DNA of 63,977 bases, the filler included, from Folioceros fuciformis (taxonomy: Eukaryota), in NCBI GenBank assembly GCA_049999805.1. It is 5 parts of 4 records of this genome, joined end to end, with 100 filler letters (N's around TTAATTAATTAA, not from the genome) between each part and the next. Parts side by side here need not be neighbours in the genome. Positions count along the whole stretch, not along the records: positions 1 to 29,258 come from JBNGIO010005990.1; 4 more parts are not named here. One strand, 5' to 3'. A program made the translations under genes and the position numbers. The notes beneath the pieces were generated by a model. It was not told where the DNA came from and ran no database searches. It was given only the letters and a program-made list of their open reading frames with translations. This document shows, one piece after another, positions 1-12,028 of the stretch (positions within the stretch are counted from its first letter, which is position 1; each line of letters begins with the position of its first letter).

Positions 1-1089
1 AAATCCGAGAAATTGCCCAGTGGCAGGAGCCAGGGGACGGCGGGGAGTGATGGGAAGTCGGGGGTGGCGGGGGATGTGTTGCTGGCTATGTCGCATATGG
101 TGGGTGCTGAAAGGCCCACGTTGTATACTTTCGAGGAGTTGAAGGAGGCTACGGGGAATTTCAGCTCCGAGCATAGGATACGGGGGACGGTTTTCGGGGG
201 TGTATTGCGTGGGACTACTGTTGCCATTAAGCAGATGAAGGGGAACATGACGCAGGAGTTGAAGATCCTGTCCCAGGTGCATCATTCCAGCTTGGTGAAG
301 CTGCTGGGGCAGTGCACTGACGAGGAGGCGGAGCACGTGTATTTGGTGTATGAGTTCGCGGAGAACGGTTCGTTGTCGGACTGCCTCCGGCGGCATGTGT
401 CCTCTGCGCAGGGAGGGGATCCAGGGGATGCCGGGAGCTCTTCGGCGTTTTTGAGTTGGAACTGCCGGCTGCAGATTGCTTTGGATGTGGCTACGGGGTT
501 GGAGTACATACATGAGTACACGAACACTCAGCTTGTGCACAAGGATATCAAGAGCAGTAACATCCTGCTCGATTCCAAGCTGCATGCCAAGATTGCCAAC
601 TTCGGGATGGCCAGGACAGGGGTGCAGGAGGCTATGCTCACTCGACACATTGCTGGAACACATGGCTACATGCCTCCCGAGTACTTGCAGCATGGCTTGA
701 TCTCCACCAAGATTGATGTGTATGCGTTTGGAGTGGTGTTGCTGGAGCTCCTGTCAGGCCAAGAGGCTGTAGTCAGGACAACAGGAGGGCGGGAAGAGCG
801 AGAGGTTTGCCTGGCCGATGTGATAGGCCCTATTTTGGATGCTGAGGATGCTTTGCAAAAGTTGGAGGCATGGGTGGACCCTGTCTTGGGTACTGCCTAT
901 CCTCTGGAAACAGTGCACAAAGTGGCTGTTCTGGCCAGGTCGTGTGTGGAACACGATGCCCCCAAACGGCCAAGCATGAAGGATGTCACGTTCACGCTGT
1001 CCAAGCTGCTGGACCAGTCCCTGGATTGGGAGCATACAGGCGTGATTCGACTTCCCCTTCTGACTTCCGAGTCTGTGGAAGGAAGATAG
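1..1089 (+). CDS. LysM receptor-like kinase, LYR-type (NFP/LYK4/LYK5 group) pseudokinase domain; 5'-truncated by window edge
   Basis: Frame is open from base 1. YTFEELKEATGNFS juxtamembrane; Gly-loop degenerated (RIRGTVFGG); VAIK; HKDIKSSNILL; DFG replaced by NFG (KIANFGMAR); GTHGYMPPEY; IDVYAFGVVLLELLSG. No intron, as typical of LYRs. The LysM ectodomain is not in the window. Confidence 0.85.
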   Translation, partial: KSEKLPSGRSQGTAGSDGKSGVAGDVLLAMSHMVGAERPTLYTFEELKEATGNFSSEHRIRGTVFGGVLRGTTVAIKQMKGNMTQELKILSQVHHSSLVKLLGQCTDEEAEHVYLVYEFAENGSLSDCLRRHVSSAQGGDPGDAGSSSAFLSWNCRLQIALDVATGLEYIHEYTNTQLVHKDIKSSNILLDSKLHAKIANFGMARTGVQEAMLTRHIAGTHGYMPPEYLQHGLISTKIDVYAFGVVLLELLSGQEAVVRTTGGREEREVCLADVIGPILDAEDALQKLEAWVDPVLGTAYPLETVHKVAVLARSCVEHDAPKRPSMKDVTFTLSKLLDQSLDWEHTGVIRLPLLTSESVEGR

Positions 1090-1695
1090 TAGTTCTTGTA
1101 CCGTCATGCTCCAAATTCATCTGTTTTCTTTCTATTCTTGTAATCCTTCCTTGTACAGCTTTGAATCCAACGGAGCTAGGGACACCGTGGGAACTGCATG
1201 GAGACTTATGCATGCCATTGAGTCCATACCCAAGAAGGATCACTCACGGCTTATTCTGCGGGATCACAACTTGCAGACTGTCATTTTGATCGAGCATTGT
1301 CTCACTCCTCGGGACCTCCTAGATTTGCTACTCTCGGTATTTACACACAATAAATATCAAGTAGATTCTTTTTTTAAATCAATTAATGTAAATATGAATG
1401 TCTAGTATATTCTGGTGTGGAGGGTGCTTTTCCCAGCTTTAACAATCGCATTACATTGGACTGGGCCTTTTTGAGCCGTGGGTCATGGGGACCGAAGCTC
1501 ACGACCCGACTTGTGACTAGCCTCGGTTCCCACTTGTCGATCAGGTACCACTTGTCAATCAGATTCGCAAGTGGTTCAATCCGATTGCAGCATCAGCCAA
1601 GGGGAAAGCAACCTACAACATAATGCCAAAAGTAGATTATTTTCTATTATTAAAAAAATTGTGATGGAAAATCTCATCTACTCGCTACCTACACC

Positions 1696-1885
1696 GTGCC
1701 AAAAGAAGCACGTCAAGCTACATACCTTAGAGAACCGTGCCAAAGAAGCAGGTCAAGCTACATTGACAAAACGGTGAGTAATTGTGCAGGCAATTGACTG
1801 TCCCACTCCGAAGCTGTCACCTAAAGAGACATACCTTGGTGCCAAAGAAGCAGGTCAAGCTACATACCTTGGTGCCGAAGAAGCC
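1696..1885. repeat. Short clustered direct repeat, ~33-bp unit GTGCCAAAGAAGCAGGTCAAGCTACATACCTT, ~3-4 copies
   Basis: Copies start near 1696, 1737, 1839 and 1872 (last one partial). Confidence 0.8.
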
Positions 1886-2132
1886 GCTTGCGTAAGAAAC
1901 AGCGGTGTTCCATCACTGTGCCTCTCCACGTACAAGCAGCAGGCTAGATGGCATATGCATTTGTGCACGCGAATCTGTCTGCCAGACAGGATTTTCCGGA
2001 ATGCAGGATGCAACTGCCAACAGTGGTAGCACGTAGAGACCTGACTTGTTGTCCAACTTGGTGAGATCGAGTGTTCCGCAACTCCGTGTAATTCCAGTTA
2101 TGATTTGCCCGTCAGTCTAGCGGGCAGAAAAT

Positions 2133-2507
2133 GAACTTCCTGGTAACCGCCCCCACTGCAAGTACATGCATTTGCACCTGCCCTCTTTACGGGGCACGAT
2201 ATTTAGCAGCACCCACCAAACAGCGTGAGACCGAGTCAGCGAATACTGTCTTGGTGTGCTTGGTCACCAATTGTGAGAAAAGGAATCGGCCCATCCAGAG
2301 CTGTCTGGGCCGGTAGATGTTGGAAGCATGGAACCTACACTTCCATGTCGGAGCGGATTCCACAAGTTAAGTTCGTTGACTCGAATCTTCTCCACGAAAT
2401 GCTAAACCATTGTTTTCACCAGAACCCCAAACTCTCACGCGTTTACTCGTCCACTGTTGACTCCACTCACAGCCTTGGAGATGGTCGTTAACTGCAGCAC
2501 AATTTCG
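2133..2507 (-). pseudogene. Decayed duplicate of the last exon and 3' flank of the EF-hand gene at 5531-6860
   Basis: 2395-2506 aligns by eye with 5593-5707. Minus translation EIVLQL-TTISKAVSGVNSGRVNA*EFGVLVKTMV*HF vs ETVLQLYDNVFNAVDADNSGQVDRSEFQVLVKTIFEHF, with stops at 2435-2437 and 2402-2404. 2134-2202 also matches 5322-5387 (CCTGGTAACCGCCC...CATTTGCACCTGCCCTCTTT...GCACGATATT). Confidence 0.8.
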
Positions 2508-3199
2508 TCTGTCTCGCCAGAGTATAGTAGGTCTGCTGACCGGGATGCCCTTCTGACCAACACCTGGAGGAAGCTTGCCTCGTAGCAGCCGGGAATTCCA
2601 GCCTAACCTCTGGAGTGGTCCCTCACTACCAGCACTGGCTACAAGTGGGGGGGCTCTAAACCCCGTTCGTGTGTATTCCTTCGACTCCACGATAGGCCAG
2701 TTGACTGGCAACAATACTGGGCCTGAGGAATGTTCACAGAAGCCCACTTCCCAGATTCAGGAAGCATGCCTCGAAGCTGACGAATAACTGTTGGCACCGG
2801 GGTGAGGGTTGGATTAGCTTCAGTAGAGCAGGAAGCTTTGTTCCCAGATTCAAGAAGGATGTCTCGAAGCTNNNNNNNNNNTTCCGTTACAAGTACATTA
2901 TGAGGGAAAGGTTTGCTGCTTCTCTCCAACTGGTCGCAGAGAGGTGTGCTTCATGTGAGGCAGCTGGCAAACTGTTATCATGTGGTATACGACTCCGGAT
3001 TGCCCCTTATCCACAACTATTGGACGGGATCACACAGCCATATCACACCACCGATCACCCAACTGACCTACACACTTTGATCTTTAATCCTTGGCAAAGC
3101 TGCGGGAAGGGAGTGAAAGAATCGAGTAAACGTTGAAAGAAGGAGGAAGAGTGACAGGGAAAGAACCTAAATCTGCCTACTCGTTGTTGCTCATTGGTT

Positions 3200-4161
3200 C
3201 TATAAGCCGATCGCACCCAGCGGGGTGAGGCCCTGGCCAGCCTCGAAGTAAAAGGTGAGCATGGCCAACATCGCGATTCTGGCGTGCTTGATCTCAGCCA
3301 GCTGCAGACGCTCCAACTTTTGGAAGTCGGGAACGTACTTGCCGTTGGAAACGGATCCAGCCAGACGGAGTGGGTCAAAGAAAAAGCCTCCAGGGTAGCC
3401 CTGCAGCCCGGTGAAGTTGTTGAAGTTCTCAGCCGTCCTCGACCAGGGAGTGGCCCACTCCACGGCCTGGGTCCCGGGCTCAAGGTAGTCTACCCATCGC
3501 TTGCCCTCTACCCACCCCATAAGCAGCAGCTGCGTCCCCAGCAGAGCCCCGAAGGAGAAGGGCGCCACGGCCTCGGGCACCGCTCCGGCCTCGTACCACG
3601 GCACGCCGCTCCAGGCCTGCCCAACGAAAATGCCAAGCACGGCCGCCATGGCCCAACGTCCGTGGATGATCTCCGCCTCCCTGTACCACTTCAGCGAGTT
3701 AGGATCCTTCCCCAGACCCAGCGGGTCGAATCCGTAGTCTCCTGGCAGCCTGCGGGCCAGCAGCAAGAAATGTGAGGCCCCGTGCGTCAGTCTGGGCGTG
3801 AGCTCGAACAGGCGGCATCCTCATTCAACCGGCAGCTCAGCAAGATCAACACCACGGAATGCACATTGGGCAGCGGCATTGCAGGGGGCAGGGGGAGGCA
3901 GGCTCACGATCCGTCGAGCCACTCGGGGTCCACCACGTTGCCGCCGAACCTTACGCCCGGGAGCCAGGACTTCTTGCCGCTGAAGGAGGCCTTAGGCTTG
4001 GCCGAGACCTTCTTGGTGGCCATGGCGAAGACGCGGCTGCCATTGGTGACGCCGAGGGAGACGCAGGAGCAGGAGCCGAGGCGCGTCCTGGAGCCGGCCA
4101 CGAAGGAGGAAGCTGGCACCGCGGCCAGGTGTGCGACGCTGGCGCTGCTGGCGACGGCCAT
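3200..4161 (-). CDS. LHCB6: Chlorophyll a/b-binding protein CP24 (2 exons: 4161-3908, 3749-3200)
   Basis: Transit peptide MAVASSAS...; [55 protein letters not shown]24-specific [27 protein letters not shown]. The GT-AG intron splices in frame. Confidence 0.95.
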
Positions 4162-5530
4162 GTCTTCCCGGTGCCGCTGCGGACGCGCCCTCCTCGCACA
4201 CACACAATCGCACACTGGAGGAATCGAAGTGAGGCGAGCGTGTGTCGACGGGACGACTGAGCAGGGAGAACGATGGCAGCCTCTCCAGGCACCTTAGTTA
4301 TGGCGTCGCGGCGAATCGCGGCGAAACATCATCCGGTGGCGCTCGCTTGTGCTCCTGCATTGGAGCTTGGATACCGAAGAGATGTTTTAGTAACACGCAC
4401 CTCTCTCCATGCCACGGTAACTGCCAGTTCTTTCACCCTATGCATTTCCAATCTAAAGTTACAGTCACCCGGCTAGGGTTTCCGGCACCGATCGTGGTTC
4501 AAGTGACTACTACTTTACATTCCTGCCACCACAGCCATGGGACTCTGCTCCAGGCCGACCTGCCTCAGAGCTGCCACAGTTCACTCACGCATTGTCACAT
4601 CGGGCGATCACCGACCAGGAAGCTCCATTCATCCATCTCCGACGGCAGGAAGCGAACAAGAGCTTGGAGCAGCTCGTTTGGGAGGCGTAGAGATTATTTG
4701 GTTGAATTTTATGCCTCCCACACTAGCTCCTTCAAGCCCCGAATGGAATTTGTAAATGGATTTGATGAGGCGTGCCTATCCACAAACATTCGTTACTTCA
4801 CGTTAGGTGGCCTGCAAATCTCATGTTAAACTTGTCAGGTGAGCATTGTCTTCCGTCTTCTGCGGCTTTCCGATGTCTCCATCTGGCAAGCTGAGTGTTT
4901 CGTGCTGCACTCCATGTCAGTGGAATTTTCCACCTGCAAGTCTCTGGATTCTGCTCTCAAGAGTCCGGAAGAGTTTCCTACAAGCATGTCAACCTTAAGA
5001 TTGGCTTCTAGGAAACTCAATGGAGCTGTTTGCTCTTCTTCAGAGCTCTGAGAGCATGAGGTGCAGGCATGCCTTGGCCTTGCATAGCAGGGTACAGAAG
5101 CATTCAGCACCTACGACACGGGCCCTCACTGAATGTTTTTAGATACCCGTGAAGCCTAACGTTGTGCACTGCGAAACGACGCTGGACAGTCATCCAAGGG
5201 TCACAAAAGTCGTCAGGGGTGGAAGGAAGGAGACACAGGAACCCATCTCCTTTGAAAACACAATTTTTTCTGTGTTGTGAAATCCCACCGTCAAAATGCA
5301 GTTGCTCATGTGAAGCAACCGAACTGCCTGGTAACCGCCCTCACTCCAAACATTTGCACCTGCCCTCTTTGTGGAGAGCACGATATTCCGCTGCATCTAG
5401 CAAACAACTTGCAAACCGAGCAGCGGATACTCTCTCCGTCTGTGAGTACCCTAATCCCTCCAAAAGGGATAGAGACCTGCTTGGACCTGTAAACAAGAGG
5501 AGCATCTCAGGCTTCCATGCCACACCGCGA

Positions 5531-6860
5531 TTACTCCGGCTGATACGCTGTCTCCGTATCGACAACAATTGGGTTCGCTTCAAGCTGCGCCGCGAAATGC
5601 TCGAAAATTGTCTTCACCAAAACCTGAAACTCTGATCGGTCGACTTGTCCACTGTTGTCCGCATCCACAGCGTTGAAGACGTTGTCATACAGCTGCAGCA
5701 CAGTTTCATTTGTCTTCAGAGGAGGAAGGCCCCAGTCTATCCCCTTACTCTCAAAGATAGGTCGGATCTCCACTTTGTCCAGCTTGCCATTGCCGTCAAC
5801 ATCAAGATCCTTGAAGATGGTTCCAGTCGTTTCCTCCAGTAACTTCTCATCTGCCAGTACCTGCAACATTGCCACATGAGAGCTGAGGCTTGGTGCAACC
5901 AGAGGGACCCTACACCCTTTTGGCACAATACTCACATGAGCCTCTGCCATGAACGTGTAGGGTCATCGATACCTTTCTCAGACGTGACCCATTTATCACT
6001 TGAAAGTCGTGGACAACGACGATGGGCTTTGCTTTCAACGAGTCCGCCAGGTCTTGCAGGATTTCTTGAAGCATCTTTGCAAACTGTGTTTGGCCAAGCT
6101 CCTCGTCTTCCCCAGTCCCATACTTCTTGAAAACATCAGTTAACAGAGACTCTACCTCAGGCTTCGCTGCAGGACAAACACGTTGAGATCCAGAAAAGGA
6201 AAACCTTGGAAACCACAGTAACAGGACTGAGCAATTATTTTGGCACCTGATGGAGCCGGTACCCCCATCTCAGCTCCCAGCTGCAGCAGAGCGGGTCGGA
6301 TCTCACTTCGGTTCAGCTTCCCATTCTCATCTGCGTCCAGCACAGTGAAGAGATTCTCTGCCAGCATGGCGAATTCGTCCTCATCTTCCAACAATTTTCT
6401 CATGACAGATCCGTCTACCACAGATACTGCCACTGGCTCCTCTGTAGCATGAACCGAAAAGTCATCAACCCCGCAACTCCAGAGTCCACGCATCCCAACA
6501 GCCGTAAAACAAAAATGCATGATCCAGCCAGCAGCCAGAGAAGCGATGTGCAGCACCTTCCAAAGCATCCGCAATGGCATGCACATACTTCTCCACGGTG
6601 GCCCCAAATGCTTCCTCGTCCAATTCATCCCCAGATGTTGCGATCCCCTGAAAGACCTTATCGAGGCGCCGGGTGGACAGCTGTGCTCCCAGGAGCAGCG
6701 CTGCGGCTTCTGCCTCGGCCGCAGCCCGTGCCTGTTCCCCTGTGAGCACTCCCTTGCCGTCCACTGTCAGCTCTGCAAACTTCTTGGATGCTCTCGCCTG
6801 CAGGTCTGGCAGTGCCTTCCGGATCTGGGACCCATCTAGCAGAGAAAACCCGTCCGCCAT
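5531..6860 (-). CDS. Calcium-binding EF-hand family protein (4 exons, approx. 6860-6557, 6443-6247, 6168-5973, 5860-5531)
   Basis: MADGFSLLDGSQIR start; repeated 'P(V/I)xVxxxDGSxxRKLL' modules; EF loops DADENGKLNRSE, DVDGNGKLDKVE, DADNSGQVDRSE. Confidence 0.88.
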
Positions 6861-8073
6861 GACGCTCTTACAGTCTGCTCTAAAGAACACACATGTTCAA
6901 ATCCCGCAGATCTAGAAACCGCATTGGCACCAAGTCTCCGCACTTAGTTTCGATCCCCTGATTCCGCAGCTATATATGTATGTACCTGTGTGGAGTTCTG
7001 AACACTTATGCCGGTCGTTCAACCTCCAGTCACAGAGTTTCAAAAGGAGAAGACCCAAGAGAAGTCTCCTGCCGCCCACCTCGACTGTCATGTTACTTGC
7101 TACGTCACAATTCCTAAGATGGCGTGCCTAAGCTACTTGCACCACGGCGTCCACCCCTCTCGGCACCCCACCTAAGTAGCAATCTACGTGCAGGATACTT
7201 AACAACGGCGTTCTTTATGTGTGTCCGTTTGGCCCAAGCTTCTGCAGTATCTGCAGCTGTGTGATGCGTGGCACACACACAGGCAACGAACGTCCCCAGC
7301 AGCACTCCACGCTCTACAAGGGTCTGGATTCGTAAGTCCTGCTTGCAACAACTCCAGTTCATTTCAGTTGTCCACGACAGCTCTCCATTCTCCTGCCCTG
7401 AAAGTTTGGCTTTCCCGAGGGAATGCATCCGTCGACGAACAATGGACTTCCTCATGTTGCTCACCAGGCGGCAGAAGATGATAGCACGCAACAAAGCCTG
7501 ACAAAATTGAACAAGTGAGCTGTAAGTGGAAATTTGGTGTGAATTTAGCCGAGACATGTAATCAAAGAACCGGCGCCATCACCATACACTCCCTGTCCTG
7601 TTCGTAAACATAAGCCGTGGGAGACAAATGATTGCCAGTGTTGGAGATCACATCCTCATGCGCCTTGCCCTGTCTCAAGCAATGCATAAATACAGCAGAC
7701 GACGCCGCTACGTTTCTTCTTTCCCCTCCTCTTGTAGTGGGCTGGTTTCTTGTGCACCTCCACACGCTGTTGCTGTCAGCGAAGCTGCGGCGACATAGAG
7801 AGGATCTAGCGGTCAAGGTTAGCAGTTGAGAGATAGGTCTGGGGACGGGCGTGGCTTATTAGCAGTGCGCTGATAGCGCTGCATCGGATTTTGTATGTGG
7901 GTGTAGGTGAGCCGGAGGCGCCTTGGAGCTCATAACCTAAGCTGCGCAAGAGTTTTGCGCCAGTCTCCAGTGAGGCGCGTGGAGCGTGGCATGGCCAGGT
8001 CTGCCGGGGCTCTTGGCAGACAATTTGGTGGAGTTGGTGCCCACTTTTGGGTGGGCGATCTCACGTGGCGAAA

Positions 8074-11000
8074 ATGATGAAGACGAAGAAGTGGCGGAAG
8101 AGGGCAGATGAGGATGACGGGGACAATGACGAGAATGAAAAATCCGGAGCGAAGCCCATGGAGAAAACGGGCAAGGCCGGGGGGAGGAAAGACCAGGGCA
8201 AGGATAGAGCTGCAGGGAAGCCTCCTGTCTACAAACTCTTGAGCTTTGCTGGGGATGAGGATGACGCTGATGGGAGTAGCAGTAGGAAGCCGGGTGGCAA
8301 GAAGGAGAAGCAGAAGGGGAAGGGTGGGAGAGCTGCAGGCACCGGTCTCCTTAGTTTTGATGATGATGAGCGGGATACTGAACCTGTGGTTGCGTCGAAA
8401 TCGAAGAAGAAGTCATCGTTCGGCACAGGGCATGGGTCAGGGCACAAGCTGGGGAAGGAGAAGCTGCTGGGGCTCAGCTCTACCCCTTCTAATGTGCAAC
8501 CTCAGGCCGGGGAGTATACAAAAGAGAAGCTGCTGGAGCTGGAACGGAACACGTTGCGGCTGGGGGGCCCTAAATCAGGAGCTGATAGTGCCCCCTCCGA
8601 GCCTGTACTGGTGCTCAAGGGTTTGGTGAAGCCGCTGAATGGGGCAGCTCCCGAGCCTCTTGGCCAGGAGGAGAAGCTCTTTGACCTGGGTGGCCGAGAA
8701 GACAGAGCTGGGAGCAGGGATGATCTTGCCAGGTTGAGGCTGGACAGGGATGATGCAGAAAGTCGGCTAGAGTTGATGGGGATTGGACCTGGGGCAGATG
8801 GAGGTGGGATTACCCACATACCAGATGCTGCGGCCATTGCTGCAGCCAAAGCTAAAAGGGAGAAACTCAGGCTGGCTCAGTCTGCTCCTGATTATATCAG
8901 TCTGGGGTCAGGAGACACCGTTCACTCTAGAGGCAAACTGCGAGAGTCCGCCCTGGTTAGGGAACGAGATGATGACCTGGATAAAGATGACGCTGCCTCA
9001 AGTGAGGACGATGGTGAAGTTAGGGGCAGAATGGCATTCTTGGGAGAAAAACCAAACAAGCACAAGAAGAGGGGAGGAGTTTTTGAATCTGTGGATGACA
9101 GAGCAGATGGCTTGGCAACAGAGCACAGAGATGAAGATGAGGAAGACGAGGAAAGGAGATGGGAAGAAGAACAGCTTAGGAAGGGGGTGGGGAAGAGGGT
9201 AGATGAAGCAGCGGTTAGAGGGACAGCTGTGGCTGGGGGGGCAGCTCCTGCTGCTCAGAGCACTGCTTTCCTCCCGGGGTCTGTCACCTCGGGCCTTGGT
9301 AGTGCCGGTTGGGGTTTCGGGGGCAGAGGTGTAGAAGCTCTCACTGCTGCTCAGCAAGCGGAATCTACATTACAGGCTCTAAGAGATGGCCTGCAGAGGA
9401 TGCGGGTATGGTGATGTTTTCTTTCTTAGCTTTGATAACCCTTAGCTGTAGAGAAACCAGACTCTATGCCAGGCTAGAGTTCTATTTAGGAGTAGGAGTA
9501 GGTGTGAAGACGGTGGATGGTGGTTCATCATTAGGCATCAGTGGTGGAGTTACCTTTGCTGAAATATCTGATGGGTTTGCACTCCTTCTGTGGCAGGAGA
9601 GTCATGGGAGGACTAAGGCAGACCTTTCCAGAACCGAGGAGAATCTTAATAGTTCTATACTTGCTGTAAGCTCTTTGGACAAGGCATTGACAGCGGCAGG
9701 AGACAAGTATCTCTACATGCAAGAGTTGCGTGATTACATCTCAGCATTGTGTGACTTTCTCCAGGTAACTTTCCAATCGCTCTTTGCATTAGCTACTAAG
9801 AAACTCGTTTTTTTCTTTGCCGCGTCCATGGACAGCGGTATGTGAAAGGTCCCGATGCCCCCCCCCCCCCGCCCTTTTTTTTTTGGTATTCTGGCAGGAT
9901 AAGGGTCCTTTGATTGAAGAGCTGGAAGAGCATATGCAAAAGTTACATGAGGATCGTGCCAATGCAATTACTGAAAGACGATCTGCTGACAATGCTGAGG
10001 AGATGATAGAGGTTGAGGCAGCAGTAACAGCAGCAAAAGCTGCCATCAGCAGAGGTGCAGGCACTGTAGTCGCTACTGCTGCGGGGACTGCTGCTGCAGC
10101 TGCTGCTTTGGAGGCTCAGTTTTCAATTCCACAGCTGGATGAGTTTGGGCGTGATGTGAATCTCCAGAAACGAATGGAGGCCCTAAAACGTGCGCAAGCA
10201 AGGGAGCGCAGGAAAAGTCGGATTGCTTCAACCAGGTCAGCCCGTGCGACCATGGCAAATGGGGAAGCATCCAGTAACTTCAGTGTTGAAGGGGAATCAA
10301 GCAGCGATGAAAGTGATAGCGAACAAAAAGCGTACATATCTGGTTGTCAGGAGGTATTGCAAACAGCTGAGAGGGTGTTTGGCGATGCAGCTGAGGATTT
10401 CTCACAGCTGGCCAGAGTGAAGCAGAAGCTGGAAGGCTGGAAGCGCCAGTATCCAACTGCATATCGGGATTCTTACATTCAGCTCAGTGCTCCTGCCATT
10501 TTCTCCCCATTTGTCCGGTTGGAACTGCTTAAATGGGACCCGCTTTACGGAGATGCCAGATTTGATAGCATGCTATGGTAATGATCTGTTAGGTTATCAT
10601 GGTCCTCATTGCTTTCTCGTTAGCCTGCCCATGTGTTTGTGACATGTCTCATCAGCCTTCTCCATGTGGATGGTCCACGTTTGTCTAAGTTTCGTATCCT
10701 GCTTAGCTGATCAGGCTGATCTTGGCCAAATGCAGGTACACACTCTTATTTGATTATGGAATGCCATCCAACGGCAAAGAGATGGATGAGGCTGATGCTG
10801 ACAGCAACTTGATCCCAAATCTGGTGGAGAAGGTTGCACTACCAGTCTTGCGGCATACCATTTCGAACTGCTGGGACAGTCTGAGCACGGAAGGAACAAC
10901 GCGTGCTGCCGCTGCTGTTAAGGAGATACTGATTTATGTGGAGGCATCAAGTGAGGCGTTGCAGGAACTGTTGGCAAGTGTAAGGACACGACTGGCAGGT

Positions 11001-11762
11001 TCCGTTGCAGCTCTTGAGGTGAGTTTCTGGGACCACCTGTTTAGCCCGTAAGCTTTTTCTGCCTTGTTTTATGTCATGTTGATTAACTAAGTGAATAATG
11101 CTTCTCCAGGTACCATTCTGGCCTCTGAACATAACTACCGCAGTTGCGCAGGCAGGACGCCTGGCTGCACATAGATTTGGTACTGCTGTTCGACTCCTTC
11201 GCAACATAGCCTTGTGGAAAGGTGTTCTGGCGATGCCAGTGTTGGAACAGCTTGCACTTGAAGAGCTGTTATCTGCGAAGATGTTGCCCCATTTGCGAAG
11301 TGTACTTCCAACCCTTTACGATGCGATCACCAGAACGGAACGAGTGGTCGCTGCCTTGATGGGTGTGTGGTTGGGGCCTAACTTTGTGGGCGAGCTGAGG
11401 TTAGCGACCATTCTCATGTCGAAAGAAATCTGATTCGTTTTCATTTGGCCGTGTCGACTGGTTTCTACTTTACGTTTTGTTTTGGGCCTGGTTGCACGAT
11501 GTTGTTTCGCAGCAGGAATATGCGCACTAGATTCTGAAATTTGTTTCTTTGTTTTTCTTTTCTGGACAGTCCAAAGCTCGATACTTTCAAAGAGTATGTG
11601 ATGACTCTTGCGAGATCAGTAGAGAAGAAAAAGGACAGTGGAGCAAGCTCAGAAGATGTGCTTGGACTGGCTCGGCGTGTGAAGCGGATCCTGGTGGACC
11701 TGAATGAATATGATAGGGCCCGACGTCTCGCCAAGATTTTCCAGCTAAGGGAAGCTTTGTGA
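8074..11762 (+). CDS. ILP1: ILP1 / GCFC2-PAXBP1 family (GC-rich sequence DNA-binding factor-like, spliceosome disassembly), ~6 exons
   Basis: LLSFDDDE; SNVQPQAGEYTKEKLLEL; APDYISL; WEEEQLRKG; KYLYMQELRDYI..LCDFLQ; DKGPLIEELEEHMQKLH; LDEFGRDVNL; FSPFVRLELLKWDPL; C-terminal LAKIFQLREAL*. GT-AG introns. Confidence 0.92.
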
Positions 11763-12028
11763 GCTGTAGTATCCTTCCTGGCCCGACATTGAGAAGGGAA
11801 TGTATTTTCGTGCATCATTGTATTTGCCATCCACACGCAGTTCTTTTCGGAACAATTACTGGAGCAAGAAGTACTAGGGGACGACCTGCGCTGGCCTCTA
11901 CAGTTGTTTATCCTGGAGCATTAGGGATCCCCTTGTCTTCCGCGAGGAACTTAGAAACCTGCATCTCTTGTCCTCATGCTTTCATGTGCTTGGTCATGAA
12001 GAGGTGGTGCATTTGTGCTCCATGCTGC

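Noticed and set aside
2748..2881. 31-bp direct repeat (2748, 2841) abutting a 10-N gap
   Set aside because: Probably a collapsed short tandem repeat; cannot be interpreted.
7100..7830. Possible small spliced gene (GTAAGT donor at ~7332) between the EF-hand gene and ILP1
   Set aside because: No coherent ORF could be assembled.
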